A DNA stretch of 64,000 bases from assembly GCA_016748015.1 (NCBI GenBank), contig JAAOMT010000134.1, positions 254,757 to 318,756 of the forward strand, in the 5' to 3' direction. The DNA comes from Geosiphon pyriformis uo1. Its lineage: Eukaryota; Fungi; Glomeromycota. Each line of letters opens with the position of its first letter. The first letter of the stretch is position 1. Below are positions 61,950 through 64,000 of the stretch, piece by piece. A model generated the notes under the pieces. It did not search any database, was not told where the DNA came from, and was given only the letters and a program-made list of their open reading frames with translations. A program made the translations under genes and the position numbers.

Positions 61950-63225
61950 TCTTTCTTTTGTCAATTTTCTAACCACAATAAAAGTGAAAATTTATTGAAA
62001 AATTTATTTTTTATTTTTTATTTTATTTCTCTTTAGTTATTTTTTCCAACTCATCTCTTTTTATTGTAATAAAACTAATGGGCTCTTCTGCTAATAGTTC
62101 TGGTTTGAATTCAACTGGTTTAAAAACTTGCTCAAATATTAAGTAAAAGCATGTGAAGAATATATACTTTTATAGTATGTTTTATAAAAAGCCAAAAAAG
62201 CTTAATATAAGTATCAATATAATTAACTCATTTGTTAATCTTTTAAGTCTTAAAGATATAAGTGTCTTTGATGATAAATCTATAGTGTCTTGGAAAAATA
62301 AAGTTAGTAGTAAAACCAGTAATATTAGCAGTTTATCAGATATGAAAAATATAAAGAACATGGTTGCCAAAGAAACTAGCTATATAAATTTAGATACTTT
62401 AGTAATCAATAATAATATAGACAATACCATGCTATAAAAAATTTACACTTAAACATATATGTTGAATTAACTGCCAAAAACCTCTTTATTTGTAGATTTA
62501 AACAATAATAAAAACATCTTAATACTTTTGTTATCTAAGTTTAATAGCTTTAAGCAACTTTTATTGATCAGATTACATGTTTCAGAAAAATGAAATTTCA
62601 ATTTGGCAAAGTCATTCACATTGAATATTAAGTTGTCTGCTGTGTTTAGTAAACTAATAATAATAAATTAATTACAGTAAAAAATTTTTTTATTGTATTG
62701 ATGGTTTTGGAGAAACATCTATTCCTTCAAAATTTCTAAGGATTATCAGATTATTTTTTATGTTAGAATTGAATTTGTATAAAACAAAAAAATTGGCAAT
62801 TTGTAAAAAAATTATAATGAATAATAATATAAAGAAAATAAATAGTTGTACAGATTAAAAAATAATTGTCAAAAAGATTTCAGTAGATCTTTTCAAATTA
62901 GCTATAGAATTAGTGTTTTCTAAATTTGGCAAAATTGTGTTAATTAAGATGCAATCTATTGGTTTTTGACAAAAAGCTCTAGTAAAATTTGAATTAGCTG
63001 AAATTGTCAATTTGGTTACAGCCAAGTGATTTGTTTTTATAAGAAAAAATTCTGTTTGTGTAACAAAGACTGTTAATAATAAACAAACATAAGTTTTTAG
63101 AGATTAACATTAGGCTTTATTGTTTACTTTGTTAGTTGACATTACTGCTTATAATCTTTCTAATTTTTTGGTTTCATATAAAGAGTAAATTTGTTTTATT
63201 AGTCACAACTTAAGTTTATATATAT
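61950..63225 (+). mobile_element. LINE 5' end and ORF1 (decayed), interrupted by an LTR
   Basis: ATG at ~62078; 62400-63225 is collinear with 40159-40980 and with the reverse complement of 400-1258. Confidence 0.8.
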
Positions 63226-64000
63226 TGTTACTTATAGAAAAGAGTACAAAAAAAATAGTAGAAAAAACAGATAAGAAAAATAGACCAATAAAAAAATAGT
63301 ATTAAATACAGAAGCACATTGCTGGTAAATTATGACACATTGTTCAGCAATATAAGCAATATCAATAAATTATGACATATTGCTTAGCAATATGAACAAT
63401 ATTAGTAGATTAGAGCATATTGTTCAACAATGTGAACATTGCTCAAGAAATTATAATACATTGTTCATAAATGTGTAAAATTTTGTAAAACATTAATTAT
63501 GTATATATAGTAAAAGTATTAGAAGCAAAAAAGACAGAATTCACAATTAGAACACACAGTTAAAATCTTCAGTTAAGAAACACAGTTAAAAACAGTTCAA
63601 AATCCACATTACATATTAATAAATTATTAATTACTACTTGAATTTATGTTATTATTGCTTGATTAAAAAATATTAAATTATCTCCATTCTATCAATACTC
63701 TATATTAATAGAATTCAATACTTAATCATACTAAAACAATAGCTTTTAATTATGACTATTAACAGAATACTAATTTCTTCTTTTATTTTATTTTTTGTTA
63801 TTTTATTTTTTATTTTTTTATTTTTGTTTTACTAACTGATTAAAAAGATTAACATGTAGGATATTAACATTAGAATATAGCACTAGTAAAAGACCCAGAA
63901 ATAAAGATAAACACTTGAAATTAAGGATAGCTTACCAGAAAATATTAACCACCAAGCTGAGAAAAAAATTAATAAAATATAAATATTTCAGAAAGTAATG
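63226..64000 (+). repeat. LTR with E-like U3 (truncated by the window end)
   Basis: TGTTACTTATAG start, ACATTGYT/AGCAAT array 63315-63470, TATATATA ~63503, family R/U5 blocks. Confidence 0.85.

Overview
Very AT-rich eukaryotic DNA made almost entirely of decayed retroelements; no host gene, RNA gene or CRISPR array is supported. The protein style suggests a Glomeromycotina-type fungus, but that is inference only. (1) A nest of Ty3/Gypsy LTR elements can be resolved by TG..CA termini and 4-bp target-site duplications (TSDs). Element A (+, 1259-40158) contains solo LTR B (9221-38304). B contains C (+, 9631-19539) and D (-, 20076-38294), and D contains E (-, 21830-30031). (2) A younger, gap-ridden, more distant relative F (-, 49073-57324) and three further LTRs are also present. 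(3) There are three copies of an APE-RT-RNaseH LINE and two ORF1-only non-LTR elements (G, H) that share the LINE's 3' tail. The most unusual signal is the architecture of the Gypsy family, which appears tricistronic: [Gag-PR-multi-zinc-finger-dUTPase-dUTPase-like-RT-RNaseH] STOP, [integrase with its own ATG] STOP, [a conserved, fast-evolving ~210-aa non-env ORF3 ending at the PPT]. It is apparently primed by elongator tRNA-Met. Copies show strong C>T/G>A decay. Region 49.5-57 kb contains assembly artefacts, including a Nextera/Tn5 adapter. Internal domain boundaries are approximate because they were read by eye.
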